Positions 24,351-36,260 of a stretch of DNA of 64,000 nucleotides are shown one piece after another. The notes beneath the pieces were generated by a model. That model saw nothing but the letters and a program-made list of their open reading frames with translations. It had not been told where the DNA came from and did no database searches. The stretch is from Octopus vulgaris. Taxonomy: Eukaryota. The position numbers and the translations under genes were made by a program. The stretch is from contig OX597816.1 in the NCBI GenBank assembly GCA_951406725.2, forward strand, positions 167,400,001 to 167,464,000, given 5' to 3'. Every line of letters starts with the position of its first letter. Positions within the stretch are counted from its first letter, which is position 1.

Positions 24351-26554
24351 CGTTATTTTGCGCCTGTGCTATGTATAATCAATAAGGCGTTTGACCGGCA
24401 AATAACAAAATAATTTTTGAAGAAAAAAAAAAAAAAAAAATGCGGTTAATTATCCGCAGACGCCATCTGCATGAAAAAGAAAAGTTAAGCTGTTAAAATA
24501 CTTAATGAAGTGAGCATCAAAAATCTAATTAGAAATAATTTTTGGAAATAATAATTTTTTTTTTATTGCGGTATCTCATCACTATGATAAATATCTGATG
24601 ATTATTAAAGAACACACACACACACGCACGCACACGCACGCACACACATACACATACATACATACATACACATAGAGTCTCTATGATAGAGATTTTATGC
24701 ATCTCCGGGTGGAGACTGGATGAACCAAAATCGAAGTCAATGGAATTTCAATGCAGAAAAAGGAAAGAGGAACAAAACAATGAATGCAATTAAGCATGTC
24801 TACCCGTTTATTAAGGAAAATTACTGCGTTGTGAATAGTTTTACGATATAAATTGAGAAATTCTATCAGATTCGTCGCCTCCTCTTCTCGTAAACTCATT
24901 AATTAGAAGGAGTCGGGGAAAGATGGGTAGATAGATGTGCGGGTGGGTATGAAAGCATGTTTGTATGTGTGTGTCTGTGTATACGCGCGGGTGTGTGTGT
25001 GTAGGTTTGTGGGTGAGTACGGATGTTTGTGTATAGGTGTATGTGAAGGAGGGACTGCGTGTTTGTGCGAATGGGTATGCACGTGGGTAGGAATGTGTGT
25101 GTATGTGTGTGTGTGTAGGATTGTGTGTGTATGTTTATGTGCATACGGGTATGTTTTATAGCCTCTGTGTGTATACGGGTATGCACAAGCGTGGAAATAT
25201 ATGTGGGTATGTAATGCTTGTGTGAGTATGTGTAGGTGCTTATGTACAGATAGGTATATGTAAGAGACTAAGGATGTGTGCATGCGGGTATGCATCGCAG
25301 AGAGAATGTGTATACGGGTACGTAAAGCATATGTGTGTGTGTGTGTGTGGTTATGTATCAGCGTCTGTTTATGCAAATGCCGGTTTGTACCAAATTATGT
25401 ATGTATGTATGTATGTATGGATGGATAGATGGATGGATGGATGGATGGATGGGTGCATGGATGGGTGGATGCATTTATATATGCATAGGATTGCGAACAT
25501 ATGCAGGGTGGGGTACTGTATAGACTTATGTGAGTATCTGTGTGTGTGTAAACGGGTATGTACCAGCGTGTGTATACTGATATGTACTAGTAAGTATGTA
25601 TGTATGTGAGTGTGGATATGTGCATATATATATATGTGTGTGTGTGTATGTATGTATATCTATGTATGTATGAATGTATGTGTATATATAGAAGTATGTA
25701 TGTATGTACACACAAACACATATATATATATATATACATATATATATACATACATACACATATATATATGCACACGAGCGTGTAAGCGTGTGTATGTGCA
25801 AGCGGTTATATCTCAGCATGTGTTTGTGTGTGTGTGTGTTGTGTGGTTATATACCAGCGCACGCGCGTGTCTGTATGTATGTTCAGTCTCTCACCCACCC
25901 ACCCGCCTACCCCACCGCCACTGCATGGTCCTCTGGCTCATCATAACAATCTTTTTTTTAATAATAATAATAATAATAATAATAACATTCCCTTCTCTTT
26001 TCCTTTCTCTTTCTCTATCTTTGTTTGTCTTCCTTTCTCTCTTCATTTTGCAACCTTTTATTATTATTTTTTTTCCTTTTGCATTCCAGATAGCGACGTG
26101 AAAACATCTACGCATCACTCTCCTTATCAGTGGTGCTGTTGCCATGGTTCTAGCAGTTGTTGCTGTGTTGCTATGATAGTAGTAGTAGTAGTAGTAGTAG
26201 TTGCTGTTGTTGTATAGAGTGCAAGCTGCCAAAAAGGAACGCACACACATACACACATACACACATACATACATACATACATACATACATACATACATAC
26301 ATACATACATACATACATAGCATTATGCAAAACTGCACACACACATTCATATTTACAAAGAGCATGTGCTCAGTCACACACACATACTGAGGCGCAGGCA
26401 CTCAACACACACACACACACACAAACCACACATAAACACACCACACACATAGACTCGCGCACTCGCAAATGTGTGTGTGTGTGTGTAATTACTTCGAAAT
26501 TCATATGAATTAGTTCTAAAGAGCTGAAAGATGACCGAACCAAATTTATAAGCG

Positions 26555-26605
26555 TATCATCATCATCATCACCATCATCACCATCATCATCACCATCATC
26601 ATAAT

Positions 26606-26637
<32 letters not shown>

Positions 26638-26657
26638 GCATCAGCATCATCATCATC

Positions 26658-26689
<32 letters not shown>

Positions 26690-26693
26690 CATC
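26555..26693. repeat. (CAT)n/(CAG)n compound microsatellite
   Basis: Directly visible. Confidence 0.95.
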
Positions 26694-27079
26694 GTTCCAA
26701 CATCAACAATTTTGTTTGCGTGAGTCAGCCGGATACCCTGCCTGTCGCCAACCCTCGCCTGTTTCTAAGCAAGGTAGTATTTCCCTATGGCCGGACATGT
26801 TTTTCGAGGAAGATTGGAAATGGACAGCGAAGCTCGTTTATTATCGTCACATAATGCCAAAATAAGGGAACACACACGCACACTCACTCTCACTCACGCG
26901 CGCACACACTCACATACACACACGCATATGTAAGTATGCATGTGTATGTATGTATGTGTGTGTATGTATGTGTGTATGTATGTATGTATGGCATTGTTCA
27001 GTTTTATTTCAAGATTTCTTGCCAATAAAGAACTGGTTTCTAACCTAGATCCAAGGTTCCTTCATTGGAATTTCATTTG

Positions 27080-28255
27080 TTTGTATGTATGTATGTACGT
27101 ATGTATGTATGTATGTATGTATGTATGTATGTATGTATGTATGTATGTATGTATGTATGTATGTATGTATGTATGTATGTATGTATGTATGTATGTATGT
27201 ATGCATGTATGTATGTATGTATGTATGTATGTATGTATGTATGTATGCACGCATGCATGCATGCATGTATGTATGTATGTATGTATGTATGTATGTATGT
27301 ATGTATGTATGTATGTATGTATGTATGTATGTATGTATGTATGTATGTATGTATGTATGTATGAATGAATGAATGCATGCATGCATGTATGTATGTATGT
27401 ATGTATGTATGTATGTATGTATGTATGTATGTATGTATGAATGAATGAATGTATGTATGTATGTATGTATGAATGAATGAATGCATGTATGTATGTATGT
27501 ATGTATGTATGTATGAATGAATGAATGCATGTATGTATGTATGTATGTATGTATGAATGAATGAATGCATGTATGTATGTATGTATGTATGTATGTATGT
27601 ATGTATGCATGCATGCATGTATGTATGTATGTATGTATGTATGTATGTATGTGTGTATGTGTGTATGTATGTGTGTGTGTATGTATGTATGTATGTATGT
27701 ATGTATGTATGTATGTATGTATGTATGTATGTATGTTTGTATGTATGTATGTATGTATGTATGTATGTATGCACGCACGCATGCATGCATGCATGTATGT
27801 ATGTATGTATGTATGTATGTATGTATGTATGTATGTATGCACGCATGCATGCATGTATGTATGTATGTATGTATGTATGTATGCACGCATGCATGTATGT
27901 ATGTATGTATGTATGCATGTATGTATGTATGTATGTATGTATGTATGCACGCATGCATGCATGCATGCATGTATGTATGTATGTATGTATGTATGCACGC
28001 ATGCATGCATGTATGTATGTATGTATGTATGCACGCATGCATGTATGTATGTATGTATGTATGTATGTATGTATGTATGCATGCATGTATGTATGTATGT
28101 ATGCATGCATGCATGCATGTATGTATGTATGTATGTATGTATGTATGTATGTATGTATGTATGTATGTATGTATGCATGCATGTATGTATGTATGTATGT
28201 ATGTATGTATGCATGCATGCATGTATGTATGTATGTATGTATGCATGTATGTATG
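27080..28255. repeat. ~1.2-kb (TATG)n satellite with TGCA/TGAA/CACG variant blocks
   Basis: Directly visible; source of the long HTYI/MYVC ORFs. Confidence 0.98.
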
Positions 28256-28611
28256 TGCAGATTTGTATGTTTTATGTATGTATTCTCATGCATATAGTTG
28301 CATATCTAGACATGCTCATATGTACTTAAATGATAAACTTCTGGAAAGTTTTACAGATTTTTACGGTTCCAGTATTGGATTGGATCTGCAGTCTTCGAAT
28401 CAGCTTTCTCCTTTCTAGTTTTGAGAAGCCTAATTTCTCAAGATTGGTATTTAAGGAGTGTGTTACATATCCCAGGGCCCCGATAAATACAGGTATAAAC
28501 CCATGTATGTATGTATGTATGTATATGTATTAATGCATGCAAATTTGTATGTTTTGTTTTATGTATGTATTCTCATGCATATACTTGCATATCTAGACAT
28601 TAGTATGTATG

Positions 28612-28763
28612 CACTAGCAGAGCTGGGGATGGGGGCGCGGGCCGCCCTGGGCGGCACTTCTAAAAGGGCACCACTTTCGGGCCTGCTGTAGGCAATATGT
28701 TTTTTGTAGGGGCGGCAAACGGAAGAGCAGCCTCGGGCAGCACATACTCTACCTACGCTAGTG
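28612..28763. mobile_element. hAT-type MITE
   Basis: CACTAGC...CTACGCTAGTG termini, 8-bp TSD TATGTATG; homologous copy at 44460-44610. Confidence 0.75.
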
Positions 28764-29077
28764 TATGTATGTATGTATGTATGTTTGTACGTGACGAGGT
28801 TCTTTTAGTTTCCGTCAACTACGTTCATTCACACTTTGGTCGGCTTGGAACAAAAGTAGAAGACATTTGCCCAAGTGTCTGCTCCATGGGACTGAGCTGG
28901 AGGCCACATGGCTGGGAAGCAAACTTCTTAACCACACAGCCATGTACAATCGCACCCACCCTCCATGCGCTCAAACACCCGCTCCCGTTAAAAAAATACC
29001 AAAATCCAAACTCCATTTAAAATGACAGGCTCCTGTCTCCCATTTTTAATTCTGTGTCTCTTTATATTCTTTTACTC

Positions 29078-29482
29078 TTTTACTTGTTTCAGTCATCTGA
29101 CTGTGGCCATGCTGGAGCACCGCCTTTTAGTCGAGCGAATCGACCCCAGAACTTATTTTTTGTAAGTCTAGTACTTATCGGTCTCTTATGCCGAACTGCT
29201 AAGGTACAGGGACGTAAACACACCAGCATCGGTTGTCAAGCGATGTTGGGGGGGGGGGGACAAATACAAACATACAAATATATATACACATGCACACACA
29301 CATATATATATATAGATATACATATATACGAAGGGCTTCTTTCAGTTTCCGTCTACCAAATCCACTCAAAAGGCTTTGGTCGGCCCGAAGCTATAGTAGA
29401 AGACACTTGCCCAAGGTGCCACGCAGTGGGACTGAACCCGGAACTATGTGGTTGGTAAACAAGCTACTTACCACACAGCCAT
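29078..29482 (-). mobile_element. SINE family A (CpG-retaining)
   Basis: Full-length match. Confidence 0.88.
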
Positions 29483-29724
29483 AAGTTTCAAATTTTGGTA
29501 CAAGGCCAGCAAATTCGGGAGAGGGAGAAGTCGAATACATCGATCCTAGTATGTACGTATGCATGTATATCTACATGTATGACTGGTACTTATTTTATCG
29601 ACCTAAAGGATGAAAGGCAAAGTTGACTTCGCTGGGATTTGAACCCAGAACGTAATGACGGATAAAATGCCGCTAAGCATTTTGTCCGGCATAGTTCGTC
29701 GCCTTAATAATAATATTCCAGTAA

Positions 29725-30530
29725 TATTTAGCACGCCGGGTGAAATGCTTAGCCGTATTTCGTCTGCCGCTACGTTCTGAGTTCAAATTCCGCCGAGTTC
29801 GACTTTGCCTGTCATCCTTTCGGGGTCGATAAATTAAGTACCAGTTACGTACTGGGGTCGATGTAATCGACTTAATACCTATGTCTGTCTTTGTTTGTCC
29901 CCTCTATGTTTAGCCCCTTGTGGGTAATAAAGCAATAAGTATTTCGTCTGCCGTACGTTCTGAGTTCAAATTCCGCCGAGGTCGACTTTGTCTTTCATCC
30001 TTTCGGGATCGATAAATTAAGAACCAGTTGAGTACTGGGGTCGATATAATAGACTGGCCCCCTTCCCCAAAAATTTCGGGCACTGTGCTTAGAGTAGGAA
30101 AGAATATTCCCGTAATATTTTTTAGAGATTTAAGCGGCGAGCTGGCAAAATCGTTAGCACTCCGGGCAAAATGCTTAGCTGTATTTCGTCTGCCGCTACG
30201 TTATGAGTTCAAATTCCGCCGAGGTCGACTCTGCCTTTCATCCTTTCGGGGTCGATTAAATAAGTACTAGTTACGCACTGGGGTCGATATAATCGACTTA
30301 ATCCGTTTGTCTGTCCTTCTTTGTCCTCTCTGTGTTTAGCCCCTTGCGGGTAGTAAAGAAATAGATATTTCGTCTGTCTTTACGTTCTGAGTTCAAATTC
30401 CGCCGAGGTCGACTTTCCCTTTCATCCTTTCAGGATCGATAAATTAAGTACCAGGTGAGTACTGAGGTCGATCTAATCGACTGGCTCCCTCCCCCAAAAT
30501 TTCGGGCCTTGTGTCTAGAGTAGAAAAGAT
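29725..30530 (+). mobile_element. Two tandem dimeric SINE family B copies (29725-30105, 30133-30530)
   Basis: Same two-unit layout as 9961-10358, CpGs intact. Confidence 0.85.
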
Positions 30531-30773
30531 TCCACTAGTTCACCACCTTAATCGCATATCATATTAATTCCACGTCGGAGCTTCCGTACAATATTAAAAA
30601 TTTCGTCACTGCTAGGCTGTTCAATATGGAACTAACACGCTTACGTGTTGTACACCTGTGCGCCGTGCACACATTTTAATATGTTAGCAGGTGCCATGGT
30701 GTTAATACTGAGTAAAAATGAATTTCAGTTTTGTTCCTTTGTCATCATTACGAGACACTATAATACCAAAACT

Positions 30774-31276
30774 ATGGCTGTGAAACGTGGCCTATGCGGG
30801 TGGTCGATCAACGAAGGCTGGAAGTGTTCGACAATGACTGCCTCCGGTGCATTCTTCGTTGCCGTCGGGTGGATCGAGTTCCCACCGCCAATCTCCGACT
30901 TCGCCTATCTCTGCGGCCCCTTTCATCTGTCCTTCTGCAACGGCGCTTGCGGTGGTTTGGCCAAGCATGTAGGCGTCCGGTGGGTGAACTGAGCCGTGAT
31001 GTCCTTTTCTCCCAACTCCACTTCCCAACTGGCGGAAACGCGCGGGCGGGCAGCTGAAGACCTGGGTTACAACGATCAAGGAGGACCTCGCCGTGCTCAC
31101 GGGACCGCAGGTGGTCGGCCTGCGCCGATGGAACCGTGACTGGCTTGCTATCTCCAGTGAACTGGCGTAGGACCGTCGTGCGTGGGCCGCCATGGTTCGA
31201 GATGCCTCGAGGGTGGTAGAAGAAGCCGACTCAACCCGCCCAGGGTGAATGTCGCCACAAGTACAAGTAAGTAAGT
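30774..31276 (+). mobile_element. 5'-truncated GC-rich RTE LINE with (TAAG)n tail
   Basis: YGCETWPMRVVDQRRLEVFDNDCLRCIL...RRLRWFGQ, frameshift, WRKRAGGQLKTW...DRRAWAAMVRDA; tail CAAGTAAGTAAGTAA; possible TSD AAAACT (30768-30773 / 31277-31282). Confidence 0.9.
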
Positions 31277-31845
31277 AAAACTGAGTTCAGAAAGGCGAAA
31301 TTGAACCTCTGATCACCGGAAGGCTAATATCCATACCAACAGGTCGCAAAGGCTCTCAATGTACATATTTCTACCATTTGTTGTTTGCAGCATCACGTCA
31401 GGGTACTGGGACTGCAAGTTGACCGTCCCACGATCAGGAAGACCTGATGTTACCACAGCCAGGCAAGTCTCGTATACTGGTTTCAAATCTTGGTGCAAGG
31501 CAAAATAAATGCCGCTGAGCATTAGGCCCGGTGCGCCAACGATTCTGCCTGCTCGGAGCCTTAGGCGAGATCAGTTTATTGAGAGAGGATATTTGTAGAA
31601 TTTAGTTCCAGACAACTACAGACATAGCTCTACAATTACTTGGACTTATAGTAGCATAACTTGGGGAAACAATGGAGCGGTTTTTCCCGAGTAACACTTT
31701 ATGGGGGCGGCAATTTTGGGTCTACTGTATAACCCTGTATAGAGGATGGAAAAGCGGAGTAGGGTGCCAAACTTAAGGACTGTCCGAGCCAGCACACATT
31801 CTACTTATGTCACTGTATATACAACGCATAAACAACCCTGTCTGG

Positions 31846-32226
31846 CAGGACCGGATTAATTTAGGGGTTGCAGGCCAGGATATTCCACTAAATGGAGGAT
31901 CTCCTGAAATGAAGTGAGAAGTCACTAAAAATATTGATTTCAAATGTTAGTACAAGGTCAGCAATTTCAGAATCGGGGACAAATCGATTACATCGTGTTC
32001 AGTGCTCGACTGATACTTATTTTATCGATTCCGAAACGATAAAAGGCAAAGTCGACCTCGGCGGAGTTTGAACTCAGAATGTAAAGACAAACGAAATGCT
32101 GCTAAGCGTTTTGCCTGACATGCTAACGATTCTGCCAGCTTGCCGCTTAAATCTCTAAAAAAATTTTACTGGAAGGCTCATAGTAGTTGTAGTTCAGAGG
32201 TCTGCCAAGTGTTAAATCCGGTTCTG
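31846..32226. mobile_element. hAT-type MITE with nested SINE
   Basis: CAGGACCGGATT...AATCCGGTTCTG; TSD CTGTCTGG / CTATCTGG; SINE family B (minus) at ~31930-32150 inside. Confidence 0.7.
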
Positions 32227-32566
32227 CTATCTGGAATTATCTTCATGAGAATGGACTGGCAAACAGGCATTTTCGACGATGTGGAGTCCTTATAGAAAAA
32301 CATCGATAGATCAGACAACTAAAGTGGACACAAACCAGAATAAACGGCTGTATGTAGCAGTGAAACGTACTATATTGTTGAACGAGAACAGTTTTTGTAG
32401 TTCGACATTTTAAACGTCTCTAGAGAGTTTTTGAACTCCGTATATTAGGGACTCTAAGGGGATCGAACAATTTGCCCTGCTTAATAAAATTCAAATGGTT
32501 TTAAACTTGTCTACCACTGTGGAGAAGATAAAAAGAATTACGTGGTTGCAAAATCTACTTTGACAT

Positions 32567-32952
32567 GGAAACACTCCGTCGGTTACGACGACGAGGGTCC
32601 CGGTTGATCCGAATCAACGGAACAGCCTGCTCATGAAATTAATGTGCAAGTGGCTGAGCACTCCACAGACACGTGTACCCTTAACGTAGTTCTCAGGGAT
32701 ATTCAGCGTGACACAGAGAGTGACAAGGCCGGCCCTTTGGAATACAGGTACAACAGAAACAGGAAGTAAGAGTGAGAGAAAGTTGTGGTGAAAGAGTACA
32801 GCAGGGATCACCACCATCCCCTGCCGGAGCCTCGTGGAGCTTTTTAGGTGTTTTCGCTCAATAAACACTCACAACGCCCGGTCTGGGAATCGAAACCGCG
32901 ATCCTACGACCGCGAGTCCGCTGCCCTAACCACTGGGCCATTGCGCCTCCAC
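32567..32952 (-). mobile_element. Young full-length tRNA-derived SINE (family C)
   Basis: Head GGAGGCGCAATGGCCCAGTGGTTAGGGCAGCGGACTCGCGGTC...GGTTTCGATTCC (A/B boxes); 13-bp TSD TCTACTTTGACAT at 32554-32566 and 32953-32965; CpGs intact. Older relatives at ~4627-5066 and ~50660-51015. Confidence 0.9.
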
Positions 32953-33236
32953 TCTACTTTGACATATTAAGAATTAGAAAGAAGGCAGCGAGCTGGCAGA
33001 ATGCTTAACGGCTATTTCTTCCTGCTCTTTGCATTCCGAGTTCAAATTCCGTCGAGGTCGACTTTGCTTTTTTATCTTTTCGGGAGTCAATTGAATAAGT
33101 ACCAGTTTAGCACTGGAGTCGGTGTAATCGACTAACTCCCTCCCACAGAATTTCAGGCTTTGTGCCATCGTAGAAAGGATCAATTAATAGGATTAGAAAG
33201 GATCAATTAATAGGATAAGAAAGACACCTACCCACC

Positions 33237-33583
33237 CAGGGCCGTTGCTAATCCCCCTGCACCCCTGCGGTTGCAAGGGGGGGGGGGGCACCGCGGTTGA
33301 GGGGCCCCATGTTAAGATCAAAGTACGTAGATGAGTCATCTATTTTCTTTGGTTAAGATGTTGAACAAGAATTAAACTATTTGTAATAAACCTAAACAAA
33401 TTTTTAACTTGTACTTTTAAAAATGTTCTTTAGGGCAACGTGAAATACTGAACTTCAGATAGAATACAGTAAAAACAAAATAGCTATGGATAAAAGGTGC
33501 GTAGATTATGAATTTTGATTGAAGGGATGGGGCCTCGAAACAAAAAGTTGCAGGGGGCCTCTAAAAGTCACGCGACGGAGCTG
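33237..33583. mobile_element. hAT-type MITE
   Basis: CAGGGCCGTTGC...GCGACGGAGCTG; perfect 8-bp TSD TACCCACC (33229-33236, 33584-33591); GGGGCCCC subterminal motifs. Confidence 0.8.
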
Positions 33584-33654
33584 TACCCACCCCAACTCCC
33601 CAAAAAACGTTCACTAAAATAAAATCACTAATATTAGAGAAAGATGCTTTCCTA

Positions 33655-33868
33655 TTTACTCTTTACTCTTTTACCCATTTACTTGTTTCAGTCATTTGAC
33701 TGTGGCCATGCAGGAGCACCGCCTTTAGTCGAACAAATCGACCCCAGGACTTATTCTTTGGAAGCCTAGTACTTATTCTATCGGTCACTTTTGCCGAACC
33801 GCTAAGTTATGGGGACGTAAACATACCAGCATCAGTTGTCAAGCGATGTTGGGGGGACAAACACTGAC

Positions 33869-33959
<91 letters not shown>

Positions 33960-33972
33960 ATGTATGTGTGTG

Positions 33973-34005
<33 letters not shown>

Positions 34006-34072
34006 TTGTATACATGTGTGCATGTTTGTGTTTGTGTTTGTGTGTGTACAAATGTATCCGTCGTATACATGC

Positions 34073-34134
<62 letters not shown>

Positions 34135-34296
34135 GCATGTATACGACGGGCTTCTTTCCGTTTCAGTCTACCAAATCCACTCACAAGACTTTGGTCGGCC
34201 CAAGGCTATAGTAGAAGACACTTGCCCAAAGTACCACGCAGTGGGACTGAACCCGGAACCATGTAGTTGGTAAGCAAGCTACTTTCCACACAGCCA
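33655..34296 (-). mobile_element. SINE family A with expanded central (TA)n/(TG)n
   Basis: Full-length match with ~270 bp internal microsatellite. Confidence 0.88.
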
Positions 34297-34344
34297 GTGA
34301 TGTATTCAAATGCGAACCCCAACCATATACGTACGTAAATGTAG

Positions 34345-34498
34345 CAATGGCTCTCAACCTTCTTAATATCCAAAACTTTTTAGGGGGCCGCACCAAAGAA
34401 AGTAAAATTCAATTTATATTGATAGAAGGAAGACCATTAGGGTAGAAGGATGCTTGAGGGTCGCATGCGGCTCTGGGATTCACGGTTGAGAACCGCTG
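34345..34498. mobile_element. hAT-Charlie-like MITE
   Basis: CAATGGCTCTCAACC...GGTTGAGAACCGCTG, matching CAGTGGTTCTCAAC-type TIRs; TSD decayed. Confidence 0.65.
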
Positions 34499-34951
34499 AT
34501 ATATAGACTGCTCCATTGAAGTAAATTCCTTTGATTATATATTTTGCATGTATAGGGGTCGGAGGTTTGGAGCTTTCGTGCTCCCATTGACCTTCAGATG
34601 TTCAGGTCAAGCAACAGTCACATTTATCTTACCTGTCTAAGATTCTAGGAGGTCTCATATAAAGGTCACCGTCCTACAAAGGTCATGGACTTTGCAAAGG
34701 TCACATCTTCTCATCAATCAAGTTTTTATACATACATACATGCATACATACATGCATACATACATACATACATACATACATACATACATACATACATACA
34801 TACATGCATACACAGAGGCATACCTATATGTACACACTCATACATACGTACGTGCGTACATATTTTATGTGTGTATATATATGTGTGTGTGTGTTTGTAT
34901 ACATGTGTGTTTGTGTGCGTATGTATGTGTGTGTGTACAAATGTATATCAA

Positions 34952-35062
<111 letters not shown>

Positions 35063-35353
35063 GTTTTCTAATTCTTTTTATGCATTTCAGCCATGCAGTG
35101 GCGGCAATGTTGGAGCAATACTCTGCGTGGCTGTGGGGTTTCCCAAACACAAGGTTCTGGGTTCAGTCCTACTGTGTGGCACCTTGGGCGAGTTTCTTCT
35201 GTTATAGCCTCTGGCCAACTAAAGTGGACTTTTGTTGAATAAATAATCTTATAAACTTCGTGTGTGTGTGTGTGTGTTCACGCCCTGGTAACTTAGCGGT
35301 TCGACAAATGAAGGCGATAATATCAGGCTTAACTATATATATATATATATATA

Positions 35354-35627
35354 TCAAAATAAACAACAAGGATATCCAAAGGTAGTGTAGTACAATCGTT
35401 TCATGCTACTTCATTTAATTAAACAATGTAAGTATTACATCAGTTTTAAAATGTAGAGCACTCTTCAGCCACATATGGAATTTTTTAAATTCCACTACCT
35501 TTCGATATCCTTGTTGCTTATTTTGATTATAATCACCCCATTTGAATTTATATGGATAATACCATACCAAATTCTGGTGCCTTTAACTTAATTACCATGT
35601 TCATCTGAATCTAAATTTTTGGTGAAC
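35354..35627. mobile_element. Penelope-type terminal repeat with partial inversion, embedded in (TA)n
   Basis: 35354-~35490 is the reverse complement of the 5' part of the 43200-43452 repeat; 35493-35627 is its direct 3' part; (TA)n on both sides. Confidence 0.75.
35386..35473 (-). ncRNA. Type I hammerhead ribozyme (family 2) with long stem II loop
   Basis: Minus strand: UGUGG-CUGAAGA-GUGCU...(~50 nt)...AGCAU-GAAAC-GAUU-GUA/CUACA. Stems I and II pair; minimal stem III. Confidence 0.72.
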
Positions 35628-35628
35628 C

Positions 35629-35664
<36 letters not shown>

Positions 35665-36139
35665 TACATACATATACATCTGTTTGTTGTCTACACCACC
35701 TGCCTTCGTCTTGTGTTCTTTTTTGTGAATTCTCCCTATATATATATACGGCGGTCGGTCAGGCTACATGAGACAACAGCCTGATCATCCTCAAATCATA
35801 TCTTACTTTCTCATACAAAGGAATAACACATTAGATAATACAGTACTAGATACACTATTATTAAGCTTGAAAAGTAGGGATGGCCATGCTGGGACTGCTC
35901 GTTAAAAATCGTTGTTTTTGTTATGAGCCTTTTTCTCTCATTTTCATTTTACCCTTATATTTATAATTAGTTAAATTATCATAATATTTTGTTGTAAGAT
36001 AGACCGACATATCTTATTTCTTAATTGTCACTCTAAAAATATAGACATCTAAATAGCATTACAATATATAAAGAAGAAGAAAATGTGGGGGTATTTTATG
36101 TTCGGGGGAGAAGAGAAAATAAGGGAGACGAGAGAGATG

Positions 36140-36260
36140 TGTGTCAGCCAGGTTTTTGTGTTAGCAAGCTTTAGTCGACCGCCAACTAGAAGCGGAGTCG
36201 AAACTGGAGCTCGCTCACCTCTGACAGACCTGACCATATATGGTGGGTGACAGGGTTAAA
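36140..36260. promoter_or_regulatory. Candidate enhancer/promoter with perfect CArG box (SRF site) and TGACAG motifs
   Basis: CCATATATGG at 36234-36243 is a canonical CC(A/T)6GG; TGACAG at 36222-36227 and 36248-36253; non-repetitive, CpG-retaining island between simple-repeat tracts. Confidence 0.45.

Noticed and set aside
26555-26693. Poly-His/poly-Gln coding exon
   Set aside because: No flanking coding context or splice signals; typical microsatellite.
26940-28418. Long ORFs of 250-400 aa (HTYI/MYVC repeats)
   Set aside because: Translations of a stop-free (TATG)n microsatellite in all frames; the same applies to YI, CV, HT, poly-L/N/H ORFs elsewhere.
32875-32952. Functional tRNA gene
   Set aside because: tRNA-like head continues into a SINE body with TSDs and lacks a proper acceptor stem; the same holds for other SINE heads.
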